A stretch of DNA of 64,000 nucleotides, taken from assembly GCA_950097015.1 (NCBI GenBank), contig CATNEN010000033.1, positions 1,364,001-1,428,000 of the forward strand. The letters run 5' to 3'. Each line of letters starts with the position of its first letter. Position 1 is the stretch's first letter. Source of the DNA: Macrostomum hystrix (Eukaryota; Animalia; Platyhelminthes). A program made the position numbers and the translations under genes. Shown piece after piece: positions 23,450-35,900 of this stretch. The notes under the pieces are model-generated. The model searched no databases. It saw only the letters and a program-made list of their open reading frames with translations, and had not been told where the DNA came from.

Positions 23450-24450
23450 TATTCCTCGGAAAAGCTTGCCACCCCTCGATAATTTTGCTACCCACTTAAT
23501 TAATGCTTTCCACTCGTTATTTCATACTTTCCCTCGACAATTCATGCTCCCCCCTCGATAAACCATGCTACGGTCTCAATAATTTATGCTACTCCTCAAT
23601 AATTCATACCTGCCCTTGATCATTTATGCTTCCCGTTCAATAATTCATGCTACTCCCTTTATCAGTCATGCTTTCCCTCGATAATTCATGTTTCCCCCTC
23701 AATAAGTCATGTTTTACCCTCGATAAACATCCTTTCCCCTCAATATTTCATACTTTTACTTTCGATAATTTGCACTACACCTAGATAAATCATGCTTCTC
23801 TTCGATATTTCATGCTATTTCGTCGATAATTCATGCTATTTCGTCGATAATTCATTCAACCCCGTCAACAATTCATGTTTCCCCTCGATAATTCATGCTT
23901 CCCCTTCGGTAATGCATGCTTCCCCTTCGGTAATGCATGCTTCCCCTTCGGTAATGCATGCTTCCCCTTCGGTAATTCATGCTTTCCCTCGATAACTTAT
24001 TCTTCCCCAGGATATTTCAGCGCTTTCCCTTTCGCTATTTCATACAAGCCAGTTGAATAATCATGATATCCTTTGTTAATTTTGCTTTCCCTCGATAACT
24101 TATTCTTCCCCAGGATATTTCAGCGCTTTCCCTTTCGATATTTCATACAAGCCAGTTGAATAATCATGATATCCTTTGTTAATTTTGCTTTCCCTCGATA
24201 ATTCGTGATTTCACGTCGAAAATTTTTCTTTACTTCGATATGTCATGCTTTCCCCTTGATAATTCATGCTCCTTCCTTGGTAATTAATGCTTTCCCTTGA
24301 TAATTTATGCTTTCCCTGGATAATTCATTATTTCTCCTAGATAATTCATGCTTACCCCACTTGATAATTCATGCTTACCCCACTTGATAATTTATGCTAC
24401 GAGCGTATACCGTCGATAATTCATGCTATGCCCTCAATAAATCACTCTAT
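23450..24450. repeat. Degenerate ~20-bp AT-rich repeat (GATAATTCATGCTTCCCCTC), right part
   Basis: Same monomer as 17145-17368, with a local ~84-bp duplication near 23980-24200. Confidence 0.8.
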
Positions 24451-25199
24451 CCTCTTGAAAAACGTTTTATACCCTCAAAGTATTATGTTATCCTCTGGAA
24501 ATCCCCATTTTTGCCTGAAATCTCAAGCTAAATCTTAAAGAAATCGTGATATGCCGTAGACATCCAATGCTTTCCCCATTATTGTTATTTACGTAATATA
24601 TCATGCTGCTATCCATTGTTATCTAGCGCTATATTCTTAAGTTTCATGTTTTTCTTCAAATTATCATGCTTTTAAAATATAGAAAAATAATGATGGCTTC
24701 CCTGCTTAGTTTTGAATCTAATGACGACTGCAGCAATGCTCAAAACACTTTTCTTAAGTTTTAAAATGCTAAAAGCTACGTGTGCTTGAACAGTTTTCAT
24801 TGAGTTTTGAATCGAATAACGCTTGAAAAAATGATAAAAATAATATTAATCACGCTTCTAGCTATGCTCAACATATTTTTCTAGTTCTGAATCTGATAAC
24901 GCATGCAGCTATGCTCAAAAATGTTTCCTTCGTTTCGGTATCGAATAAGGTTAAAAGCTACCTATACTCGAACAGTCTTCATTGAGATTTGAATCGAATA
25001 ACGATTAAAGCAAAGCTTGAAAAATGTTGAAACTTAAAATTAATAACGCTTTTAGATGTGCTCAAAATATTTTTCTAGTTCTGAATCTGATAAAACACTT
25101 GCAACTATGCTAAAAAATCTTTCCTTAATTTTAGCATCGAATAACACTTGCTCCTGCACTCGAAAAACTTATTTTATTATCAGAATTCTACTATTCTGA

Positions 25200-26215
25200 T
25201 CCTAGATATCTAGATAACTGAGCCTAGATATCTATCAATGCTGAGCCTAGATATCTATCAATGCTGAGCCTAGATATCTATCAATGCTGAGCCTAGATAT
25301 CTATCAATGCTGAGCCTAGATATCTATCAATGCTGAGCCTAGATATCTATCAATGCTGAGCCTAGATATCTATCAATGCTGTGCCAAGATAACTATCAAT
25401 GCTGAGCCTAGATATCTATCAATGCTGAGCCTAGATATCTATCAATGCTGAGCCTAGATATCTACCAATGCTGAGCCTAGATATCTATCAATGCTGAGCC
25501 TAGATATCTATCAATTCTGAGCCTAGATATCTATCAATGCTGAGCCTAGATATCTATCAATGCTGAACCTAGATACCAAACAATTCTGAGCCTAGAAATC
25601 TATCAATGATGAGCCTGGATATCTATCAATGCTGAGCCTAGATATCTATCAATTCTGAGCCTAGATATCTATCAATGCTGAGCCTAGATATTAATCAATG
25701 CTGAACCTAGATACCAATAAATTCTGAGCCTAGAAATCTATCAATGATGAGCCTAGATATCTATCAATGATGAGCCTGGATATCTATCAATGCTGAGCCT
25801 AGATATCTATCAATTCTGAGCCTAGATATCTATCAATGCTGAGCCTAGATATCTATCAATGCTGAGCCTAGATATCTATCAATGCTGAACCTAGATACCA
25901 ATCAATTCTGAGCCTAGAAATCTATCAATGCTGAGCCTGGATATCTATTAATGCTGAGCCTAGATATCTACCAATGCTGAGCCTAGATATCTATCAATGC
26001 TGAGCCTAGATAACTACCAATGCTGAGCCTAGATATCTATCAATGCTGAGCCTAGATAACTATCAATGCTGAGCCTAGATATCTATCAATTCTGAGCCTA
26101 GATATCTATCAATTCTGAGCCTAGATATCTATCAATTCTGAGCCTAGATATCTATCAATGCTGAGCCTAGATATCTATAAAATATTGAGCCTAGATATCT
26201 ATAAAATATTGAGCC
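25200..26215. repeat. 23-bp satellite CTGAGCCTAGATATCTATCAATG
   Basis: About 44 units with the internal palindrome TAGATATCTA. A recurrent variant block occurs three times (about 25560, 25700, 25885). Confidence 0.95.
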
Positions 26216-26221
26216 ATATTG

Positions 26222-26740
26222 AGCTACAATGATCACCCAGTTGACAATGATCCGCCAGTTGACAATGATCCCCCCAGTTGACAATGATCCCCTAGTTGAC
26301 AATGATCACCCAGTTGACAATGATCCCCAGTTGACAATGATCACCCAGTTGACAATGATCCCCCAGTCGACAATGATCCCCCAGTTGACAATGATCCCCC
26401 AGTTGACAATGATCACCCAGTTGACAATAATCCCCTAGTTGACAATGATCACCCAGTTGACAATGATCCCCCAGTTGACAATGATCCCCCAGTTGACAAT
26501 GATCCCCCAGTTGACAATGATCCCCTAGTTGACAATGGTACCCAAGTTGACAATGATCCCCAGTTGATGATGATCACCCAGTTGATGATGATCACCCAGT
26601 TGATGATGATCCCCCAGTTGACAATGATCCCCCAGTTGACAATGATCCCCCAGTTGACAATGATCCCCTTGTTGACAATGATCCCCCAGTTGACAATGTT
26701 CTCCCAGTTTAAAATGATCACCCAGTTGACAATGATCCTG
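26222..26740. repeat. 18-19-bp satellite CAGTTGACAATGATCCCC
   Basis: About 27 units. Confidence 0.95.
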
Positions 26741-26799
26741 CAGGCTTCCAATTCAGGCTGCTAGGGGGTGTTGCACAAGTTGACGACGCAATTCCAATT

Positions 26800-27460
26800 C
26801 AGCGGCAGTCAGTGAAATTCTCAATAGGCGAAGATGGTTTGACCTTTGAAAATATGGGCAAAAAAGTTTTTGGAACTTTTATTTTATTTAGAATGAAGCA
26901 ATTTCTTAGCAAAAAGTTGTGTACCATTGCTGGAAAATTCGGCATCTTTTGGCGAAAGAATGGTGAAAATCGGTTCAGCCGTTTTTTTATAATCAGGTAT
27001 AGAAAGTAGAAATGTACACATCGTAGAACAGGAGAGTGCTGAGGCAGTGGGCCTGCCTCAGACAACAGAAAACAGAAGCCAGCTCAGCCTGTACACATTT
27101 GGGCAGTAATTATAGTAATTATCTCACCAGTGGGGTTGACACAGCTATGCACATTTGGGTGAGAAATTTCTTATCAGTACGCATCGCCTAACAAAACTGG
27201 CTCTGATGCAATCATAAAAATTGGCACTGGAGCCTCACTGTGCACAAGTTGAATAAATGAATCCATTGGAAAAGCCTATGTAAACCAGTTTTTTCGAAAA
27301 TTTAATCCCCTTGACAATGGAATTAAGCTTAATAAAAATACGTGTACCGATTGGGGACCATTTGACATATTTTGGTGAAGGAATTGTGAAAATCGGTTGA
27401 GCCGTTCGGAAGATAGTTTGATTGCAAACATACAAACAAAGATACATGCATACATAAAAT
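26800..27460. mobile_element. Cluster of Helitron-like non-autonomous repeat fragments
   Basis: Two AAAATCGGTT(C/G)AGCCGTT cores, a CATACAAACA microsatellite-like end, and homology to 15760-15930 and 16670-17000. Confidence 0.5.
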
Positions 27461-28489
27461 ATTTTTTGTTGCAGTTCTGAATCTGATAACGCCTGCAGCT
27501 ATGCTAAAAAACTCTTTCCTTAGTTTTAGTATTGAATAAAACTTGCTGCTTCACTCGAAAATACTTATACTCTTTTCCGAGAGCGAGTACAGTAATAATA
27601 AGGCTAACAAATATCTGCTTCGACAGTAGCTAACCAAAAGCGCTTATTATTTATACTCGAACCCAAAAATGGCCAATAAAAAATACTGATAAACAGTAAC
27701 TTACGTTTTTAACTGTTGATGATAGAAGATTTGAAGTAATAGAAGAGTAACAAAGCTGATGCTGAAATTGGATCTGCATTCTGCAAAATAATAAAAGTAC
27801 TTTAATTCGGAGCTAGATGAAAAGAAAGCGGCACAATGATCGAAGTCGAGACAAGGTTCGACAATAGAAAGGCTGCAGTTTTATGGATAGAAAGGAGGAG
27901 GAGAGGTCTCGCTAGCATTGAGCATCATAAAAGCCCAATCATGAAATCTGCTATGTACGAGATTACGTTTTACTTATTCAAATCAAATCACTCAATCAGC
28001 CAAGAGACAAATTTATAAACGCACGTACGGGTCGAAAAGCAGTGACACAATCCTATTTAATTGAGAGTATCGGGCCCTGTTCTGTGCTATACCAATGCAC
28101 GCGCGGGCATGAAAAGGCACCGACGCAATCTAATAAACCTGACAGTGTCCGGACCTATTCCAATTTAACCTTGTTTGGCCTCCTATTGAAAGCAATAGGA
28201 AAACTCGTTTTTCGAATATTTAATACCCTTGGCATTGAGACAGAATGATGAAATTTGATCAGTCTAATCCTTGGATGAATTGGCACTTTTTGGTGAAAAC
28301 AGGAAAAAAATTGGTCTAGCCATTCAATCGCTAGAGCATTTCAGATGGACAAACCAACCAACCAACAAACCAACAGATCTTAGAGATTTCGTATAGGGGG
28401 GATGGAGGAGGATAAGAATGATTTCGCTTCTTTTAAACCTTTTTATTTTTGCACACTTTAGAGTCATAAACAGGCCTTCAGATAAAATG

Positions 28490-28610
28490 TGACAGCCAGT
28501 CAGATCTCAGTTGCGTACAACCACCTCACTCCTCCGACAACAGCCAGTCAGATCTCTGTTGCGTACAACCACCTCACTCCTCCGACAACAGCCAGTCAGA
28601 TCTCTGTTGC
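28490..28610. repeat. 48-bp tandem repeat (about 2.5 copies) just downstream of the DEG/ENaC stop codon
   Basis: CAGCCAGTCAGATCTCTGTTGCGTACAACCACCTCACTCCTCCGACAA is repeated. Confidence 0.85.
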
Positions 28611-28620
28611 TGACGGCCTA

Positions 28621-31600
28621 TCAGAACCGGTTTTCTCGGCCAGCCAGCCGCGCTTGTGGAGCAATAGCCTGATTGTTCCTCGCTGCCACCACGAAGTCGT
28701 GCGCAAACTGAACAATCTCGAACAGTGTTAGCACACTCCAGCCCAGGTAGAGCCCAAGAACTCCGCCAGTGTCGGCCCAGAAGGTGGCCCAAGTGTAGCC
28801 CCGGCCGAGCGTCAGTCGTGTGCTGCGAGCCTCGGCCGAGCGTAGCCGAACACGCATTAGCGAGGTGGCCAGGTGGGCTCGAAACTCGTTACTAATTGGC
28901 GACTGATCGATCTCAACATCCGGTATCGAGCACAGGTCGAGAAGGAAGTCCCAGGCGGGCAAGTGGGCGTCGCTGCGCAGCTGCCTGGTCGCACCGATAG
29001 TCTGCCGCACGTAGCGCGTGAGCGAGTCGCTGGCGGGCCAGGCTGCAGCCGACAGCTGCACTTCGTAGCTGCGGCTGCGGCAAAGCCGGCTGGCTGCACA
29101 CGCTTCGGAGGGGTCGGTCAGGCGGAAGGGCCGCTTCCACTGGCTGTCGATTGCCCACAGCGCCTGGGTGTCATTAACGCCGGTCAAGTTCAGACAGCGA
29201 CGCAGGAGACCGCTCTCCTGACGATCCCAGGGCAAAGGGAAGGCCTCCCGCGTACAGTTCAGCTGCTCGCGGTACTGCCGCGCCAGCTCGGTGAAGTAGC
29301 ACGCTGCCTGAGTGAGGTGGGAAGTTGTTGAGTGCATGAAATTCTCGAGTCTCTGAAGTTCCGCTTTTGAGATACTATATTGCTGCATTGTATACGGCTG
29401 GGGGCTCGCACTTGATAAAACTGCATTTTTTCGCTTCACCTGTTTCGTTTAGGCGTGTACCCACCCCTCCGCCGGCGGGCGGGTATTTATTTCAGTATAA
29501 AGGGTATGTATAAAATGAAAATATAATAATACAATACGAGGTCTCGCTGCTGCTTCTCGTTCGCCAAATACGTGCTGTTGCTCTCTTGCTGGCTGTATTG
29601 TGCTTTGGAGGCAGTAAATTTCAGGCTTTAATTTAGTCGATTGGGATTCAGAGCAGTTTCTTGAAGCCTAAACGATACTTTAAAATCCGAATCGTCACTC
29701 AGGAAAGTTTTCTAGCTACTAGAACACCCAGCCTGCGTCATAGGAGATTGCGCAGAGTCGCTTCTACTGCTAGCTCAATACTGAATTGCTCAATTGCTGT
29801 TTTGGCACGAACTGGAAAACTTCAATTCCTCATTTTTGTGCTGTCTTGAATTGGTCCTTGATAATTAGAGTGTTGATGGGCTTCAAATCTAAAAATAGGC
29901 GGAAACTTGACTCTCAAGTCGGCTGGTTGAGCCTCACTTGACTCCTCTTTTGTTAAAGTTCACGCCTTCCCTGCTAAACTTGTCCGCTCAGGTCAGCTAC
30001 CTCCCGCGCGTTCGCGATGAGCGCCAGCTTAGGGCACAACTGCAGTGGGACAGACGGACAGGCACAGCATGCGATACAGAAACAGGGCGAGACAAACTGG
30101 TTGGCCGGTGAATAGACAGACGAAAACACAGACAAGAAGGCGGGCAGGTAGACAGATTTGCAGGTAAAAAGTTAGACAATAAAGTAGAAACAGATAATCC
30201 GGTAGACAGCGATACACGCTGGCAGACAGATAACACAGGTAGAAAGATAGGTAGACAGACAATCAAGACGAATAGATAGCTAGACAGACGGGTAGCCAGA
30301 CAGTTAGAGAGACAGTTAGACAGGCAGTTAGACAGAAAGTTAGACAGGCACTTAGACAGGCAGGTAAGCAGACAGGTAGGCAGATAGGTAGGCATGTAGA
30401 CCATGGAATAATTGAACGCCTGCGCAGCTCCATCTCGAGGGTTGACAAACGCAGCTGCGCCGACATCGCCAATGGCGGGCGGCGTGTCCAGGCAGGCGGC
30501 AGCCTCGCGGTCGGCGGCGCGCACCGTGTCCCGCATGGTGATGCGCAGGTCGTGCAGCAGGCCGGGCTGCAGGAGGAAGCTGGCCGCGAATTTGGCGCTG
30601 GGGTAATCGCCCTCGCCAGGCAGGTAGATCCGTATGCCTGCCGAGCGGTCCAGTGGCAGCAGCGAGTTGAGAGTCCAGTCGGAGGGCTGCAGCGGCACGG
30701 GGTCTTCCTGGCGGGGCCACCAGTGCAGAAGGCTAAGCACTGAGTTGGGCCCGCGCGAAAGCCACGGATGGAACCTGTCCAGCAGAATTTCAAAGTCCGC
30801 GTAGACCTCCATGCTGCGCAGCCGGCTTCGATTCTCTGCTGTCAGGTGGGCCCGAAAGCAGGTGACGTGCTCCGGGTGGTGGAATGGCAGCATGGGTAGG
30901 TCCTGACTGAGAGCAAAAGAAGCCAGGATTGTTAGCTTCTGGGTGAATTCTGTCTGCGACAGAAGGTGTGAGAAGCACGAGTGGTGATTGAGGTGTCAGA
31001 GATGTCAGCGGTGTGAGGTTTTTAGATGTGATAATGGTATTCTTGAATGGAGTACTGACCTGAGGGTAGTACAGGCTCCTGGACGGGTCGATGAGTCTAG
31101 CAGAGATGAAGGTCTGTTCCGCCCTGTAGCCCAGCATGTCCGTCAGCAGCCAGAAGGGCAGCGAGCTGACCGCCGCATCTGCCTTGTTTTCCTGGACGAA
31201 GCTATAGCTGGCCCGAATTAGGATTTGTTGACGTAATGAATCGGTAGTCAATTCCTGAAGACGTAATTAGTGTCAATTGATGAAGTCTCTTCAGCTACTC
31301 ACCGCGAACTTTCGCTATCATTCATTGGCGCATACTGCACTAAGTCGGAGAACCTATTCAAAGTGTCGTTAAGCAGCGAGTTTATGAAGTCGGCCTGCTC
31401 CATCGTCAGGTTTAGAAAGTAGCTGCCTGAGATGGGCTGCTCGGGGCAGAAGTACACATCCGGCGCCTGAAAGTCCACGCTCTCCGCCTCGTAGGTGGAC
31501 ACGACCTCCCTAGATGTTAGCCGGTTGGCCAGCAGAGACAGGTGAAAGAAGAAGACAGCGAGACAGGCAGCGAAAACCAGCAGCCAGAGGCAGCGCACGT

Positions 31601-31724
31601 GGAGCCGCTCGCTGGACGCCGCGTTCACCAGGCCGGGCGCCGTCAGGTCCCGCGTTGCGAGCTCCAGAGATCGGAGCGCCGTCATTCGACGACTAGCCTT
31701 GACCTGGCTGTCCAGCTCGGCCAT
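28621..31724 (-). CDS. Divergent DEG/ENaC (amiloride-sensitive/ASIC-like) channel subunit, multi-exon
   Basis: Pre-TM1 'LTAPGL', TM1 'LWLLVFAACLAVFFFHL', post-TM1 'APDVYFC', 'GIRIYL', 'WPA', TM2 'ADTGGVLGLYLGWSVLTLFEIV'. Phase-0 intron 'YYPQ|DLPM'. Some internal junctions are uncertain. Confidence 0.85.
30040..30400. repeat. Degenerate (AGAC/GGCA)n low-complexity tract inside the DEG/ENaC gene, probably intronic
   Basis: Direct reading. Confidence 0.75.
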
Positions 31725-32969
31725 TCATGTGTCCTGTGGTTGCTGCTGGTCGCTTCCTTAGTTTTTTATGGCTTCGATGTGCTTCTGTGTCTGCTTGAGA
31801 CTCAACTCAGATGGCTGTCTGTCTTTTATTCTGTTGAGAAACACTCCGGGATTCGGGAATCCGAATTCCACAAATTGACTCAGACTGGCGTGTCTTCTTG
31901 TGTAAATAATTTAGACTTGCTAATTAGTAGATACTGAAAATCGATCAGTCAATAGTTTAACTGCTCGTAGCTCTCTGTTTTACCTGAAATGATAAAAAAC
32001 TCATTTTAGTTTCCAAACAGCAGGTAGTATAAGATCTTCTCCCCATGCTCTCACTGAACTACTAAGCACGGTGCTCAAGAAATTAAGTAGTATATTAAGA
32101 GTTCCAAAGCAGATTGGGAATCCAATCGAACTTTAGGATTCGATAAGATGACGCTAACACGATATACAAGCCAGTGTTCTTCGTTTGGACCATTTCGCAA
32201 TGAGCTGCCGCGAATCATGGCGGCCAACTGGGGTGTGCGAGAGAGCAAACCCTAGTGGGGACCCGGGCATTAATGCGGGAATAAGCGCAGATATGGGGTG
32301 CGTAGACACGCTGTAGGGTTGGGTCTAGCTGGAAGCAGCCTATGCCGATTAAAACTCGGTCTCGAGGGCGGGGCCGAGCTGGAACCAGCCCGCGGGATCA
32401 GTCGGTGTCAAGCGACCCCTCCACAAGGAGGCGGCCATGAGGCTCATCCCGGGATAGCAAGACCGAGTGGGTCTCCACCTCATCGGCCGCCTCCGCCTTC
32501 TGTCTCCGAGATGCGAGAGGGGCTGAAACCGAATACCCGGCCAGCTTAGTGCGAGAGAGACGAGCGAGAGGCGCAGACGTCGGGTTTGGCTTCGTCTCCT
32601 CGGGCGCTGGACTTTCGCGCTGCTGGTCCCTCACTGCCCTATAGGAAGGCAGGCAATTTGCGGCGGAGGGGCCCGACTGTTGCAGTGGGGACGGGAAATA
32701 GAGGCCAGCCGAGAGGCGGGGGAGCCACTTAATCCGGCGACGCGGGGCAGCCGGGTCGCCCCAGGCAGGCCGCATGGCAGCTCCGATCCCCGAACCAGAG
32801 CAGCCGGACTCTTAAAGCGCAAAGCGCAACACAAAAATATCCTTAACTGGCCGATTTTGCTAATTGAGCTCAAATAAATAGCACCTGAGCCGAATGCTTC
32901 TAGAATAGTTCGCAGAAATCCGCCGCCGCCGCCGCCGCCGCTGCCGCTGCTGCTGCTTGGCGCCAATCC

Positions 32970-35900
32970 ATGGGCAAGAAGATCCAGTGCATTGGCAAGT
33001 ACGCCATCTGTGGCCAAACTCTGGGCAAGGGCAGCTTTGCCCGCGTGGAGCTGGCGATACACGATGTGACGCAGTGCAAGGTGCGCACTACTTTTAATTG
33101 TGTGCCTTTTTCTTATACGTTTCCCAGACAATTTTCGGTCCATAATCCTTTAGTAGATTCTGTAGTTTTTCCGTAGGAACAAAAACTGTGTCGGGATGAG
33201 AAAATTGAGCCAGTGTCGCACGCAGGCAGCTAGCAGACACAGGAGCATTGGGGGACCAAGGACAGGACCCGGACATTCATCATCATTAGCCCCGCTGCTG
33301 CTGCGGCGGCGGTATGAACGAAAATGTGCCGAGAGAAGAGTGGAGGGACGTGAAGAAGCCATGCCAGACAGAGTACCACAGTTTCGAATCTCCTCTTGGG
33401 AAATCAGCAAAAAACGGGGTAATATTTTTTTGGTCCTGTGTGTGCAAAATGCGGCAGAACCAAATTCCAATATATTCTCCGAGAAAATTCTATATTTTCA
33501 TGGAACACCCGAGCCGTTCTGATCTGAGCAGACCTGGGGGAGCGGAAAATGTGCAAGACTTGTTCTGTAGCACGTAAGAGTGCCCTGAGTCTCCCCGTCA
33601 TCGATTTAGGCGGCGAGGGGGTTCGCGGAATGACAGGGGGAGGAGGAGACGCCATTATGCGGCAGTCACGATGTGCGGCTGACGCAGTTGTGGCTGAAGT
33701 CCACTAATGGACGCTTAGATCGGCGAAGCCTCGGGAGGTCGAGATTCGTCAAATAATTCGAATTCGATTTCGGCGTTACTGAATTGCAGGCCAGCATTAG
33801 CCACGCAGTTGAGAAGGTGACATGGCCCAGCAAATGAGGTTTCCTGCATTTCGATAGGGCAGGGTTGATTGCCATAGTCCTGAAAGAAATTCTTGCAAGC
33901 AGCTCAGGCACTTCATCAGCGGGACTATCCAGAGCTGCTTGATTGCATTTGTCTACAGCTCAGAGGTCTCTAGACATTGGCTTAGTGGATCTTAGTGTAT
34001 GGGAATTAGAACTTTGTTGAAGTGTTCTCCACTTTCTTAGGGAATCTGTGACTTCAAGACTTTCTTTCCTAAGCTGAGTTCAACTCGTCAAAAACTGTAA
34101 ATAGATTAGCCACCACTGTCATCTCATGCCTACTCACTCACTTCTGCCACTCTTTTCTCAACTCCTACAGGTAGCCGTGAAAATCACAGACACGCACAAG
34201 ATCACGGAGGACTACGTTCGCAACAATCTGTACCGAGAAGCCAGAATCCTGTCACAGCTGCGGCACCCTAACATTGTGCGCTACTTTGAGTCGCTGAAGG
34301 TGAGCTTCTAAATTGTTTGATGTTCTCCTTAGGACACCTGCCACTTCCCACTCAACCTTGCCATGTGAGGTCTACTCCCGTTGAAAGGATTCGAGTGCAT
34401 AATAATAATAATTGCAGGAGGACTGCGGGCAATGACACATCACTTAGTGACACTAGACCCGCAGCCAGCGAGGAGGCAATTCTGCCCATTTCGCTGACTC
34501 CTGAGCACACACGCACACAGATACTGTACGCAGGCATACGCTCACACAGGTTTTTGCATCTGCCCTGACTTTCTCATCGTCAGGCAGTGTACACTCTCAC
34601 TGTGCCTTGGAGGTTGGCACTCAAGGGCTTAAATTGCATGGCAAGCCCATAAAGTCTTCTCTCCGCGGCTGCGCCCCAAATAAATGTGGCCTCGCCGTGG
34701 AATCGAACTTGTGGACCGTGGTGCGAGAGGCCAATGCGATAAACGCTCTGCCACCGACCCCCTCGATTCGAGTGCATGCGAGGGGGTACAATGCGTTACA
34801 GCTCCACTGTGAAAGACTGGGGCAGATTAGCCCTTTTGTCCTTTTGTGGGTTTGGAACATTGTGCGCATGTGTTCGTTTGCACGTGAGCTGCGACCATGA
34901 GCTTTGGCGGAATGGTGAGACTTGTCATGTGAGGCAGTAATATTAACAGCCCAATTTAGGGAAAACAGCAGTTATGCAATCAGGAATAAGAGCGTACAAC
35001 TGAACTAAAACTAAAACTGCAGTGTACAAACCTAGCCGTCGAGCTTTTAATACATAAGCGACAATCAGTACATCAATAAGCAGCGTGAAATTCTGAGACA
35101 CTCGGACACTGTTCTGTTGCGCCACTAACTATTACAAACATAACGTCCAGCACAGAGTTACCAAACTTGCACGGTCAGCCTGACAAACTCTTCTATACTC
35201 GCGAGGCCGCATATTTCTATGAAAGTGAAAAAGCTTGGCGACTCCGATCGGTTGAGCCGGGCAGCTCACAGCAGCATCGTGCTTGGCGCAGAAGTCATTC
35301 ATCACTGGACTGCGCCGCGTTGGGCGTGATCGGAGCAGGAAGCTCCGTGATTCATGCCACCGGCTTAGCAACAAAATTTGAGCAGTTGAGAAGGACCACA
35401 GCAAGGAGGGAGAATTCGAAGCGATGGGAAGACCTGCACTGCCATGAAGCATAAGTCGGTCTTGGCCAGTGACGGGGTGCCGCGGACGACTCTTCATCTA
35501 CAAGTGGCGCCGAATAATATTGTTTAATGCTGTATCAGCCATTCCTAAAATTAGTCTGAAAATATGAATTTTCACTGGAGGCTGTGGTCATCGGCACATC
35601 ATCTAGTGGCAGTAGACCCACAGCCAGCCATTCCACTGACTCTCAACATACCTCCACAGGAACTCACAGGGGTGTACATCTGCCCTGAATTTTTTTTGTT
35701 AGTCACTCTGCTTTGTTGCCTTGGGGGTTGGCCCTTTGAGGGCCTAAATTGCACGACAAGCCCCACAAACCTACTCTCCACAGTTTGCCCCAAACTGAAT
35801 TATGGCCACGCCGCGGAATCGAGCTCATGGACCTTCGTGCGAGAGGCAAACCAGGCAAACCCTCATCAATCCCTTAGAATAAACCAAAGCTTCACCATAG

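Noticed and set aside
27836-27940. 'LWIERRRRGLASIEH' as an RT C-terminal (GGRGL-type) remnant
   Set aside because: Only a few matching residues and no supporting neighbouring motifs.
32200-32560. GC-rich structured stretch upstream of the kinase as another ribozyme
   Set aside because: Local hairpins exist, but no complete HDV or hammerhead topology could be built on either strand.
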